Origin: an uncultured Erysipelotrichaceae bacterium
Lineage (GTDB): Bacteria; Bacillota_I; Bacilli_A; RF39; UBA660
Reading direction: 5' to 3'
Assembly (NCBI GenBank): GCA_902767245.1
Contig: CACXGO010000029.1
Span: 31,598 to 95,597, forward strand
DNA: 64,000 bases
Position numbers and translations under genes: made by a program
Shown: one piece after another, positions 18,195 to 27,505 of the stretch
Layout of the letters: every line of letters starts with the position of its first letter
Numbering within the stretch: the stretch's first letter is position 1
Notes under the pieces: generated by a model
The model's database searches: none
What the model was told of the DNA's origin: nothing
The model's input: only the letters and a program-made list of their open reading frames with translations

Positions 18195-18830
18195 TTAAGC
18201 GCTTAAACTGTTTCTTAGTTTTACTAATATTTTTTGTTCTTGACGCGAAATGCCAGTCTGATTAGTATTAAAGTAATGAGCTATTTCCGTCTGCGTCCTA
18301 TCTGAATAATAGCGCAGCTCGATTAATTTCTTTTCATCAGCATTTAGTTTAGCAATTGATTCTCTTAACATTATGACATTATCAACATTTTCCTCTTTAG
18401 AAGGTATAACTTCATATAGTGAAAATGTTTCATCATCATTTAATGAGTCATCTAAACTCTTAATCGGATTTAATGAATTAATAGCTTCATTAATTGAATT
18501 CTCATCAATTTCTAAAAATTCAGCTATTTCCTTTTTAGATGGTTCGCGCATTAATTTTTGAGACAATAAAATAATTGCTTTATTTATTTTATAATTTAAT
18601 AAACTTATTTCGCGACTTACTTTTATACTCTTATCTTCACGAATATATTTTCTTATCTCTCCCAATATATAAGTATATGCATATGAAGAAAATTTAACAT
18701 TTAAATCACTTTTATAATTTTTATAAGCTTTTATAAGTCCAATACAACCTACTTGAAATAAATCTTCCTTGCTATGGAAATTAGGGAAATAACTGATTAT
18801 TGAATAAATAAGTTTTTGATTTTTTTTTAT
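18195..18830 (-). CDS. sigF: Sporulation sigma factor of the SigF/SigG/SigB family; 5' end uncertain (no in-frame ATG/GTG/TTG upstream of the conserved region 2; open frame extends to 18863)
   Basis: Hand translation upstream of the track ORF gives ...LIKKNQKLIYSIISYFPNFHSKEDLFQVGCIGLIKAYKNYKSDLNVKFSSYAYTYILGEIRKYIREDKSIKVSREIS... This matches SigF/G regions 2.1-2.4 (DLFQIGCIGLLK...VKFSTYAVPMIIGEIQRFIRDDGTVKVSRS). Region 4 follows (LIELRYYSDRTQTEIAHYFNTNQTGISRQEQKIL). Position is after spoIIAA and before spoVAC. Confidence 0.65.
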   Translation of the reverse strand: MKKNQKLIYSIISYFPNFHSKEDLFQVGCIGLIKAYKNYKSDLNVKFSSYAYTYILGEIRKYIREDKSIKVSREISLLNYKINKAIILLSQKLMREPSKKEIAEFLEIDENSINEAINSLNPIKSLDDSLNDDETFSLYEVIPSKEENVDNVIMLRESIAKLNADEKKLIELRYYSDRTQTEIAHYFNTNQTGISRQEQKILVKLRNSLSA

Positions 18831-18838
18831 TAATTCAC

Positions 18839-19168
18839 TCAGCTCTTCGTTAATATTGTATATTCATCTTCTCTTTCTTTTATATGTTTAAGTAAAAACT
18901 TAAATTTTTTTCTTAAAAATTTTGGTATTTCACATAAAGAAATATCGCTTTTTTTATTTAGCTTTAAATATGTCTTATAAAAAGCTAAAAGGCCATATTT
19001 ATCAATAGTATTTAACTTTGATACATTAAATACTACATTAGAAATGCCATTTTCTAATACTAAAGGATCAATTTTTTCATCAAGTAGTTTGCTTGTTTTT
19101 TTTATAACATCACCTTTTAATCTTATAAAAAGTATTCCTTTTTTAAATTTAAAATCATAATCAAGCAA
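18839..19168 (-). CDS. spoIIAA: Anti-sigma-factor antagonist-like STAS protein (SpoIIAA-like), lacking the phosphorylatable serine
   Basis: Aligns with SpoIIAA (LFIRLKGDV... / VVFNVSKLNTIDKYGLLAFYK vs [22 protein letters not shown]). The DSSG phospho-site is replaced by DKYG. Confidence 0.55.
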   Translation of the reverse strand: MLDYDFKFKKGILFIRLKGDVIKKTSKLLDEKIDPLVLENGISNVVFNVSKLNTIDKYGLLAFYKTYLKLNKKSDISLCEIPKFLRKKFKFLLKHIKEREDEYTILTKS

Positions 19169-19235
19169 ATATTTATCACCTCACTTATAATGTAACACTT
19201 GTTTATTAATTTTTCTTTAAAATCGACATATAAAG

Positions 19236-20567
19236 CTATTTTTTTAATTCGACATTATCTTTAATACTTTTTATGATGCAAAATATTAAAATCATTACCC
19301 CCATAGTTATTAAAATCACAGGTAATATTGGTTGCTTTTCAATTGATTTTTCAACCTTTTTTTTACTGATTATTTCGTCTTTGCTTTTAATATTGCTTTC
19401 TAATCGCTCGATTATTTCATCTTTATTTAGAATAACATCTTTTATTTCTTCATCTTTTTGCTTGAGTTTTCTTTCCAAATCATCAATATACTCTTTATTA
19501 GTTTTTACTTGGACATCTTTTTCAATTGTTTTTCCTGCAAAAATATATTTGACTTTATAAGTCCCATTCTTTGATATATCAATATTAGAAGCTACTTCAA
19601 ATGGTAAAGATGTTTTTATATAATCCTTTAAATCATAATTTTCATTATTAATAACAATTTTATCTTTTATAAAAGCTTGCTCTAAATAGGAATACTTTTT
19701 TTCGGTTATAAAATCATTAGTATCTTTAATATAACCATTTACTTCTTCTTCATAAGTTGGATAATAATCTTTATACATATATTCATACAAAAAATATTTA
19801 TCACGATAAGCGTACTCTTTATATTGTTCTTTTAATTTCATGTTAGGCGTTTCCTCATATTTTATTATTTCTTCTTCATATGCATTATATGGAGTAAAAC
19901 CATCAATCGTAATATATTTTAAGCTTAAATCACTAACATAATTATTCTCATATAAAATATCATTTTCATTGTCACCATAAATGGTTATTTTATAATTAAC
20001 TCCCTCCTTATTAAACATAACTTTAAATTTAAACTCTTCTGGATAGTAATAGTCATTCATTTCAATTGACATTTTATCTATTTTGACCGCTTTATTATAA
20101 CTTTCATCTTGAATATACATATATGCATTAGGTGAACAAGTTCGACAAAATGATGAAGTATTTACTGAAAATCCATTAATTTTTAATGAAAATTCTAAAA
20201 CCGTTTCTTCTTCATCAAAAACTTCAATTAAAAATTTTTTTATTTTCTTAAGCTTTTGATAGATATAAACATCTCTTTCTTTTATCTCACGATTTTTTTT
20301 CAACATTGGTTTATTTAGCGACCATTCACTATAATCAGAGTAATAAAAATCATCTTTTTTTTCAAAAAAGGTTGGATTTTCATCTTCAATAAAATATGCA
20401 CTTATTTTTGATTCCTTATAAAACCGGTATTTTTTTATTTCATCAACTTTTAAATTTAATTCTTCAATTGGCCTATACTCGATACCATAGTTTTTAGCAA
20501 TTACTTTAGTTACAAATATTAGTAAAATAATAATTAACATTTTAAATATTTTTTTTATTTTTATCAC
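19236..20567 (-). CDS. Hypothetical surface protein (N-terminal signal peptide, C-terminal coiled coil and TM anchor)
   Basis: 443 aa with a Tyr/Glu/Lys-rich repetitive middle and C-terminal ...KQPILPVILITMGVMILIFCIIKSIK. Confidence 0.35.
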   Translation of the reverse strand: MIKIKKIFKMLIIILLIFVTKVIAKNYGIEYRPIEELNLKVDEIKKYRFYKESKISAYFIEDENPTFFEKKDDFYYSDYSEWSLNKPMLKKNREIKERDVYIYQKLKKIKKFLIEVFDEEETVLEFSLKINGFSVNTSSFCRTCSPNAYMYIQDESYNKAVKIDKMSIEMNDYYYPEEFKFKVMFNKEGVNYKITIYGDNENDILYENNYVSDLSLKYITIDGFTPYNAYEEEIIKYEETPNMKLKEQYKEYAYRDKYFLYEYMYKDYYPTYEEEVNGYIKDTNDFITEKKYSYLEQAFIKDKIVINNENYDLKDYIKTSLPFEVASNIDISKNGTYKVKYIFAGKTIEKDVQVKTNKEYIDDLERKLKQKDEEIKDVILNKDEIIERLESNIKSKDEIISKKKVEKSIEKQPILPVILITMGVMILIFCIIKSIKDNVELKK

Positions 20568-20626
20568 CTCCTACATATAACATACTTTTTTAGGAAGTGA
20601 TTTTCCTACAAAAAAAGATAAAGTTT

Positions 20627-22753
20627 TTAAATTTCTTTATCTTCTAGTTTAATAACAAGCTTTTCTTTATCTTTTAAAATCGCAAGTGGTTTAATATTTT
20701 GATTTATAACATAACCATATCCTTCAAATTCAACTTCAATGTTAGCTAAATTTGTAAATGTTTGAACATCTTTTTTAGACCATCCATAAAAATTTGGAAT
20801 CGTAATCTCATTTTTGTTTGTTATCAAAAAAATCTGATCATTATCTAAAACAGTTATTCCTTTTTCAGGATATTGATTTATTATATAATCACCATTCCCT
20901 ATTAAGACTACATTTAAGTCTTGAGATTCTAAATTTTCTTTTACTTTTATAGTATTTTCACCACGATAATCACCTAGAACAAAGCTACTTGATAAATTCA
21001 AAGATTTTTGATTATTAAAAGTATTTCTATAAGTTGCCATATCTTTCATTAAAGTTACAATTCCTGTTTGAAAAACTTCACGCTTCTGTTTTGGCTTCTT
21101 CATTGATGCAAACACTATTACATCAGGATTGTCCTTTGGAAACATCCCTGAAAATGAATAAATATAATCATATCCACTACCAGAATATTTTCCAGTAGAT
21201 GAATTATAAAATTGGGCTGTCCCTGTTTTTCCAATAACATCAAAGCCTTGAATTTTATACTTATATCCAGTTACTCCTGGTTTAGTCGAATTAACAACAT
21301 TCCACATCAATTGACGTAACTGTTTAACATTTTCTTTAGACGCAACATTTTCTACTTTTTCTATTTCACTTTTATAAATAACTTCACCAGTTTTAGAATT
21401 AACAATTTTATCTACAATTTGCGGTTTCAACATTGTCCCATCATTTGCGATGATAGTCAATGCTTGTAAATGCTGTATTGGTGTTGTTGTAATACCTTGC
21501 CCATAAGAAGCTGCAGCTGTTTCAACAGCATATTTAAAATTGATATTCCCTTTTAATTCACGTGGTAATTTTACTCCTGTTTTTTGGCCAAAACCAAAAG
21601 CAGTAAAACATTTCTTTAATTGATCACGTTTTAAAATTGTTTGCATCATTGTAGCAACAGCGACATTGCTTGAACGTTCAAGTCCTAAATCATAAGTAAT
21701 TGTCCCCCAACCAACTTTATTGTGATCATAAATAATGGCATCATCTATTTTGATTGAACCAGACTTGTAAGTAGCATTCCCATTATAAACTCCATTCTCC
21801 ATCGCACAAAGATATGTAAATACTTTCATAACTGATCCTGGTTCATAAGCAAAGGAAACTAAAGGATTTTCATAATTTGTAATATTTAATTTATTCGGAT
21901 CAAATGACGGAATTGAAGACGAGCCTAAAATGCGACCTGTCTTGGCTTCCATCACTGATATTGTAAGCCATTCAGGATCAGCAACTTTTTCAATATTATC
22001 AGCGACGGTTTCAACAAACCTTTGAATATTGGCATCGATTGTTAAATACATATCATCACCATCAATTGCTTCAATATTTTCTTCTGGAGTATCTGGTATT
22101 TTATAGCCATATCTATCTTGTTGTTGCATAATATAACCATCTTTACCATTTAACTCTTTATTATAAAGCGACTCTATTCCAAGCTCCCCAACAATTTCAT
22201 CATCATATTTTTTGGCATAGCCAATTATATATGAAGCAAAATCTCCGTTAGGATAGTATCTTTTAGTATTTTCAATAAAACCAATCCCTGGAAGTTCTAA
22301 AGCTTCAATTTCTTCTTTTTTAAGTTCTGTAATATCTCTTCCTCCGGGACCTAATTCAACTTGATAAAGATTTTTAGAAAGAAGTTCTAATATCCTTTCT
22401 TTAGTCATATTGATAACTGGAGCTAAAGCCTCTGCTGTTTTTACTTTGTCTACTACATGTAAAGGTTTCTTTGAATTTCCTGTTCTTGATGGTGATAAAT
22501 ATGCAATAACAGTATACGACGATACGGTTTGAGCAAGAATGCTTCCATCAGATGTATATACATTTCCCCTTAAAGCTTTGATAGTTGCTTTATATGTATT
22601 TCTATTTTTAGCAAACGCTTGCATATCTATTCCATAAACCGTTTTAAAAAGCGATATATAACAAAGTTGTAAAAATAAAATCACAATAAAAACAAGAAAT
22701 ATTTTAAAAATTCCTTGGGGTTTCTTCCATTTTTTAAAATTTCTTGTTTTCAC
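20627..22753 (-). CDS. pbpB: Penicillin-binding protein 2B / FtsI-type transpeptidase with C-terminal PASTA domains
   Basis: SVMK (SxxK), SSN and KTGTA motifs; N-terminal TM; the C-terminal ~130 aa are PASTA-like. Confidence 0.85.
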   Translation of the reverse strand: MKTRNFKKWKKPQGIFKIFLVFIVILFLQLCYISLFKTVYGIDMQAFAKNRNTYKATIKALRGNVYTSDGSILAQTVSSYTVIAYLSPSRTGNSKKPLHVVDKVKTAEALAPVINMTKERILELLSKNLYQVELGPGGRDITELKKEEIEALELPGIGFIENTKRYYPNGDFASYIIGYAKKYDDEIVGELGIESLYNKELNGKDGYIMQQQDRYGYKIPDTPEENIEAIDGDDMYLTIDANIQRFVETVADNIEKVADPEWLTISVMEAKTGRILGSSSIPSFDPNKLNITNYENPLVSFAYEPGSVMKVFTYLCAMENGVYNGNATYKSGSIKIDDAIIYDHNKVGWGTITYDLGLERSSNVAVATMMQTILKRDQLKKCFTAFGFGQKTGVKLPRELKGNINFKYAVETAAASYGQGITTTPIQHLQALTIIANDGTMLKPQIVDKIVNSKTGEVIYKSEIEKVENVASKENVKQLRQLMWNVVNSTKPGVTGYKYKIQGFDVIGKTGTAQFYNSSTGKYSGSGYDYIYSFSGMFPKDNPDVIVFASMKKPKQKREVFQTGIVTLMKDMATYRNTFNNQKSLNLSSSFVLGDYRGENTIKVKENLESQDLNVVLIGNGDYIINQYPEKGITVLDNDQIFLITNKNEITIPNFYGWSKKDVQTFTNLANIEVEFEGYGYVINQNIKPLAILKDKEKLVIKLEDKEI

Positions 22754-22765
22754 GGTTTCACATCC

Positions 22766-23056
22766 TTACTTATCTATAATTATAATATTTTCATAATTAT
22801 ATGACAAGCCCATTTCACTGACAACACCCTTAATATTATCATAAGCAGTTAATTCACTTATTTTCATATTTAAACTTTCATTTTTCTTTTCTTGAGTAGA
22901 TATTTGATAATTTAACTTTTCAATATTCATTTTTAAATTACCTAAACTAGCTGCTGAATAAATTTGAATAAACATCACTAAAAACAACATTATAACAATG
23001 CCGGTATATAAAAATTTTTCTCCTCTAGTAATTCTTCTTTTTCTTGATGTTGTCAT
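22766..23056 (-). CDS. ftsL: Cell division protein FtsL-like
   Basis: 96 aa bitopic protein (TM plus coiled coil) between rsmH and pbpB. Confidence 0.55.
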   Translation of the reverse strand: MTTSRKRRITRGEKFLYTGIVIMLFLVMFIQIYSAASLGNLKMNIEKLNYQISTQEKKNESLNMKISELTAYDNIKGVVSEMGLSYNYENIIIIDK

Positions 23057-23058
23057 AT

Positions 23059-23982
23059 TTATCTTCCTATTCTTTCTATAATGCGCAATTTTGCGCTTCG
23101 TGAGCGATTATTACTTAAAACTTCTTCTTTACTTGGCTCTATAATATCAATAAGCTTAAATTTTGGCTTAAATTCATCCGGTATTATTGGTAAAGATGCA
23201 AGTTCTTTTTTTACTGTGCTATTTTTTTTAAATATTTCTTTACATATTTTATCTTCAAGCGAATGAAATGTGATAACACAGATTCTACCATTAACATCAA
23301 TTAAATCTAGTGCATAATTTAATGATTTAGTAAACACATTTAATTCATCATTGACCTCTATCCTGATTGCTTGAAATACTTTTCTTGCCGGATGATGGTC
23401 TCTTTTATACTTTGCAGGAACGGAAGCCGAAATAAGCTCTGCTAGTTCAATAGTTGTTTCAATTTGTTTTTCTTTTCTTGCTTCAACTATTTTTTTGGCA
23501 ATATTTCTAGCATATTTTTCTTCTCCATATTTGAAAAATATTTCCACTAATTTTTCATATGAATAATTATTTACGACCTCAAAAGCGCTTAAACTATTTC
23601 TTTTATCCATACGCATATCAAGTCTTGCTTCATTATGAAAGCTAAACCCTCGACTTTCTTCATCAAGTTGGGGACTTGAAACACCTAAATCAAATAGAAT
23701 TCCATCCACATGATCAATATTTCTTTTTTTCATTTCATCTTTCATGTTGACAAAATTAGTATGAATAATTTCAAAATTTGATGAAATTTTAGAAAGTCTT
23801 TCATAACTACTCTCAATTGCTTCTTCATCTTGATCAAAAGCATATAAATAACCATTAGGAATTCTTTTTAAAATCTCACTACTATGCCCTGCATAACCTA
23901 AAGTTGCATCAATAATAACACTATCATCTTTTAAATTTAAAGCATTAATGCATTCGTTAAGTAAAACGCTTATATGTTTCAT
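23059..23982 (-). CDS. rsmH: 16S rRNA (cytosine1402-N4)-methyltransferase RsmH (MraW)
   Basis: Conserved MraW sequence throughout ([19 protein letters not shown]). Confidence 0.9.
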   Translation of the reverse strand: MKHISVLLNECINALNLKDDSVIIDATLGYAGHSSEILKRIPNGYLYAFDQDEEAIESSYERLSKISSNFEIIHTNFVNMKDEMKKRNIDHVDGILFDLGVSSPQLDEESRGFSFHNEARLDMRMDKRNSLSAFEVVNNYSYEKLVEIFFKYGEEKYARNIAKKIVEARKEKQIETTIELAELISASVPAKYKRDHHPARKVFQAIRIEVNDELNVFTKSLNYALDLIDVNGRICVITFHSLEDKICKEIFKKNSTVKKELASLPIIPDEFKPKFKLIDIIEPSKEEVLSNNRSRSAKLRIIERIGR

Positions 23983-24407
23983 ACTTGACTTGTAAATAGA
24001 TGGTCAGCCATATCAGAGAAATTTTCCTCGTTTTCACTGATAAAGCCATCCCACATCTCCTTACTCCAAATTTCAATGCGATCATTAACACCAATGATTA
24101 CGCATTCCCTTTTTAAAGATGCATAGGTTACAAGCGGAATTGCTATATTGATTCTACCTTGTTTATCAAATTCACATTCAGAAGCACCTGATAAGAAAAA
24201 TCGCATAAAATTTCTAGCTTCTTTTGTATTTGGAAGTTCACGATATTTCTTAATGATATTTTCCCATTCGTTTAAAGGATAGACAAATAAACATTTATCA
24301 AGTCCTCTAGTTATAATGAATTTTTCACCAAGTTCATAACGAATCTTTGATGGAATTATTAAACGACCTTTTTCATCAATGTTATGATGAAATTCCCCCA
24401 TTAGCAC
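23979..24407 (-). CDS. mraZ: Transcriptional regulator MraZ
   Basis: [23 protein letters not shown]... duplicated MraZ domain. Confidence 0.9.
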   Translation of the reverse strand: MLMGEFHHNIDEKGRLIIPSKIRYELGEKFIITRGLDKCLFVYPLNEWENIIKKYRELPNTKEARNFMRFFLSGASECEFDKQGRINIAIPLVTYASLKRECVIIGVNDRIEIWSKEMWDGFISENEENFSDMADHLFTSQV

Positions 24408-24524
24408 GTTTAATCACCACTTTCTTCCACTTTGTTCCACTTGCTACCACTATTATACAAAATTTATGAATTAATGTAAAGATATTTTGATACAATTTTA
24501 CAAAAAAAAGAGGCACACCTCTTT

Positions 24525-24629
24525 TTAACAAAAACGTGACCCTAGAATGATGGCAAGTAAGATGTAAAGAACAATTAAAATTACAAATGCACTTCCACCA
24601 CGATTTGGTCTTTCATTTCCACAATTCAT
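24525..24629 (-). CDS. YjcZ-family small sporulation protein (34 aa); not in the ORF track
   Basis: MNCGNERPNRGGSAFVILIVLYILLAIILGSRFC; GGAGG RBS 7 nt upstream. Gly-rich N-terminus plus a hydrophobic helix, as in YjcZ-like peptides. Confidence 0.5.
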   Translation of the reverse strand: MNCGNERPNRGGSAFVILIVLYILLAIILGSRFC

Positions 24630-24640
24630 AAAAATACCTC

Positions 24641-24724
24641 CTAAATATAAGCACCTAGTATAATAATTAACAAGATAAATAATACTAACACAATAGCTGC
24701 ACTTGAAACGCCTGTATTATACAT
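24641..24724 (-). CDS. YjcZ-family small sporulation protein, second copy (27 aa); not in the ORF track
   Basis: MYNTGVSSAAIVLVLFILLIIILGAYI; GGAGGA RBS upstream; tandem with the first copy. Confidence 0.45.
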   Translation of the reverse strand: MYNTGVSSAAIVLVLFILLIIILGAYI

Positions 24725-24803
24725 AAATACATTCCTCCTTTTTTAATCTTTCACATTATTTTATGGAATTTTAAAATAAGTGTGATTACTTATGTTTATA
24801 ATA

Positions 24804-24831
24804 TTGTTTTTTTCCTGAAAATTTGTTAAAA
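24804..24831 (+). promoter_or_regulatory. Sigma-A-type promoter of prsA
   Basis: TTGTTT, ~16-17 nt spacer, TAAAAT, then AAAGGAGGAAATATG. Confidence 0.35.
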
Positions 24832-24858
24832 TAGAAAAGTACAATTAAAGGAGGAAAT

Positions 24859-25815
24859 ATGAAAAAAAATAAAATTGTAAGTTTATTTCTAATTGGTGTT
24901 TTACTTTTAACTGCTGGTTGTGCTAAAACTCCAAAATTGGAAAATGGTAAAGAAGTATTTGCATCAATTGATGGATACAAAATTACTGCTGATGATTTAT
25001 ACGCTAGTTTAAAAGAAAAAGGCGGATTATCAGTAATGCTTGAAATGATTGATAATCATATCATTGACAAAGAAATAAAGGATAAATCAGGGGCAGAATC
25101 TTATGCAGATGGTCAAATATCAATGTATAAAGAATACTATGGTGATGAATTCGAAAGTACATTAAAAAATTATGGCTATAGTAGTATTGAAAATTTCCGT
25201 GAAATAATCTTAAATGATTATTTAAAACAAAAAGTAGCATTGAATTATTTGAAAAAGAAAGTTACTGATGATGAAGTAAAAGCATATTACGATGAAAATA
25301 TTTTTGGTGATTTAACTGTAAGATATATTTTAATTAAACCTGCTGAATTAGATGCTGATGCGTCTGATGAAGATAAATTAAAAGCTGAAAATGAAGCTTT
25401 AAATGAAGCTAAAGAAATCATCAAAAAAATTAATAATGGTGAAAAATTTGAAGATTTAGCTAAAGAATATTCTGATGATAAATTAACTTCAATAAATGGT
25501 GGTTTAATGTCAGACTTCAATACTGATCAAGTTAATAAAACATTTTTTGATGCAGCAAGTGCTTTAAAAGATGGTGAATTAACTAAAGAACCAGTTAAAG
25601 ATGAAAATGGATATAACATTATTTTAAAAGTTAGCGCTAAAGAAAAACCAGCTATTAAAGATGTGAAAGATGACATTTTAGAAAAATTAGCAGAACAAAA
25701 ATTAAATGCTTCTGAAGATACTTATACAAAAACTTGGGTTGAAATCAGAAAAAGTTATAAATTAGACATAATTGATACTGATGTTAAAAATTTATATAAA
25801 GCAAATTATGAATAA
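24859..25815 (+). CDS. prsA: Foldase lipoprotein PrsA (PpiC-type peptidyl-prolyl isomerase)
   Basis: Lipoprotein signal with LTAGC lipobox; parvulin-like domain. Confidence 0.8.
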   Translation: MKKNKIVSLFLIGVLLLTAGCAKTPKLENGKEVFASIDGYKITADDLYASLKEKGGLSVMLEMIDNHIIDKEIKDKSGAESYADGQISMYKEYYGDEFESTLKNYGYSSIENFREIILNDYLKQKVALNYLKKKVTDDEVKAYYDENIFGDLTVRYILIKPAELDADASDEDKLKAENEALNEAKEIIKKINNGEKFEDLAKEYSDDKLTSINGGLMSDFNTDQVNKTFFDAASALKDGELTKEPVKDENGYNIILKVSAKEKPAIKDVKDDILEKLAEQKLNASEDTYTKTWVEIRKSYKLDIIDTDVKNLYKANYE

Positions 25816-25840
25816 TACGCTAAAAACGTATTATTTTTTT
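25814..25840 (+). terminator. prsA terminator
   Basis: AATACG-ctaaaaa-CGTATT hairpin plus a T8 run. Confidence 0.5.
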
Positions 25841-25869
25841 GAATTAAAAAAAGTAGATTTCTCTACTTT
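25840..25869 (-). terminator. glyQS terminator
   Basis: AAGTAGA-gaaa-TCTACTT hairpin plus a U-run directly after the glyQS stop. Confidence 0.5.
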
Positions 25870-27240
25870 TTAAAATTGAATTCTTTTTAGTATATAATCC
25901 TTTACTTCATCTAATGGCAAAGTTATTTGTTCCATTGTATCACGATTGCGAATAGTAACAGTATTATTGTTTATTGTTTCATCATCGATTGTTATACAAA
26001 ATGGTGTTCCAATTGCATCTTGCCTACGATATCTTTTGCCAATATTTCCAGTTTCATCATAAGTTGTCATAAAATATTTGGAAAGTTCATTATAAATTGT
26101 AGTTGCTTTTTCTGCATGGTTCTTTTTTATTAGTGGAAAAACTGCTGCTTTATATGGAGCAAGATATGGGATAAACTTCATTACTTCCCTTTCAGTTCCA
26201 TCAGCAAGAGTTTCTTTTTGATAGCTTTCAAATAAAACTGCTAAAACTGTACGATCAAGGCCATATGTTGATTCAACTATATATGGAATGTATTTCTCAT
26301 TGGTAACAGGATCTAAATACATCATACTTTCACCACTATATTCTTGATGACGAGTTAAATCATAATTTGTACGATTGTGAGTTCCATTTATTTCTCCCCA
26401 ACCAAATGGAAATAAATATTCAATATCACATGCTGCCTTGGCATAAAAAGCAAGTTTTTCATGATCATGAAATCTTAATTTTTCAGCTGGTAAACCTAAA
26501 TCCATATAAAATTTCTTACCATATTCTTTAAAATATTCATATTGCTCTTGATCATTACCTTCTTTACAGAAAGTTTGATATTCCATTTGCTCAAATTCAA
26601 TAGTCCTGAAAGTAAAATTTCCAGGTGTAATTTCATTTCTAAAAGCTTTACCTATTTGGCCAATACTAAATGGTAATTTAGCACGCATACTTCTTTGCAC
26701 ATTTAAAAAATTTACATATTCACCTTGAGCATTTTCAGGGCGTAAATAAACAACACTTTTGTTATCTTTAGTAACACCCCTATATGTTTCAAACATAAGC
26801 TTAAATTGACGAATGTCTGTAAAGTCACACTTGCCACATTTTGGACATGGGATGTTGTTTTCACGAATATAGTTAATTAATTCTTCATTTGACATTTTAT
26901 CGCCAATACTAGAATTAGTATAATCATTAACTAAATTGTCAGCACGATGACGAGTTTTACAATGACGGCAATCAGTTAATGGATCTGCAAATGAATCTAC
27001 ATGCCCAGATGCTTCCCATACTCTTGGGTGCATTAAGATATCTGCATCAAGCTCATAAGCATTATTTCTTTCTTGAATAAATCGTTTACGCCATGCATCT
27101 TTTATATTATTTTTAAGTCTACTTCCAAGAGGGCCATAATCCCAAGTATTAGCAAGCCCACCATAAATTTCGCTCCCTTGAAAAATGAAACCATATTGTT
27201 TTGAGTAACTAACCATATTTTCCATAGTCATTTTTTCCAT
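25870..27240 (-). CDS. glyQS: Glycyl-tRNA synthetase (homodimeric class II, GlyQS type)
   Basis: 456 aa; conserved N-terminus ...YGFIFQGSEIYGGLANTWDYGPLG... Confidence 0.9.
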   Translation of the reverse strand: MEKMTMENMVSYSKQYGFIFQGSEIYGGLANTWDYGPLGSRLKNNIKDAWRKRFIQERNNAYELDADILMHPRVWEASGHVDSFADPLTDCRHCKTRHRADNLVNDYTNSSIGDKMSNEELINYIRENNIPCPKCGKCDFTDIRQFKLMFETYRGVTKDNKSVVYLRPENAQGEYVNFLNVQRSMRAKLPFSIGQIGKAFRNEITPGNFTFRTIEFEQMEYQTFCKEGNDQEQYEYFKEYGKKFYMDLGLPAEKLRFHDHEKLAFYAKAACDIEYLFPFGWGEINGTHNRTNYDLTRHQEYSGESMMYLDPVTNEKYIPYIVESTYGLDRTVLAVLFESYQKETLADGTEREVMKFIPYLAPYKAAVFPLIKKNHAEKATTIYNELSKYFMTTYDETGNIGKRYRRQDAIGTPFCITIDDETINNNTVTIRNRDTMEQITLPLDEVKDYILKRIQF

Positions 27241-27249
27241 AATATCTCC

Positions 27250-27480
27250 TCCTTAAATAAAAAAATCTTCTACAAATTTATAGGGGCGAAATAAATCCGC
27301 GGTTCCACCCTACTTATTCATAGAAGAATACTCATTCATTACATAGCTCGAAAGTTCCAAATTAAATTCAACTTTATTAGGTTTTCACTATCCCTAAATC
27401 ACTTTAAAAGTCCTAACTTAATTTTTCTTTGTCATCGCTTCATACATTAATCTTAATACTATAAACATTTTTTGTCAACA
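27250..27480 (-). promoter_or_regulatory. T-box riboswitch leader of glyQS
   Basis: Reverse strand carries AGGGTGGAACCGCGG, a perfect T-box consensus whose UGGA is complementary to the UCCA end of tRNA-Gly, ~60 nt upstream of the RBS, with a long structured leader before it. Confidence 0.6.
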
Positions 27481-27505
27481 AAAAAGCTGCTTAAAAAAGT
27501 AGCTT

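Noticed and set aside
18665-18665. TTG at 18665 as the sigma factor start (track ORF MGEIRKY)
   Set aside because: The frame is open for 55-66 further codons upstream and encodes the universally conserved sigma region 2.1-2.3, so TTG-18665 would remove the -10 recognition helix. The real start must be upstream despite lacking ATG/GTG/TTG.
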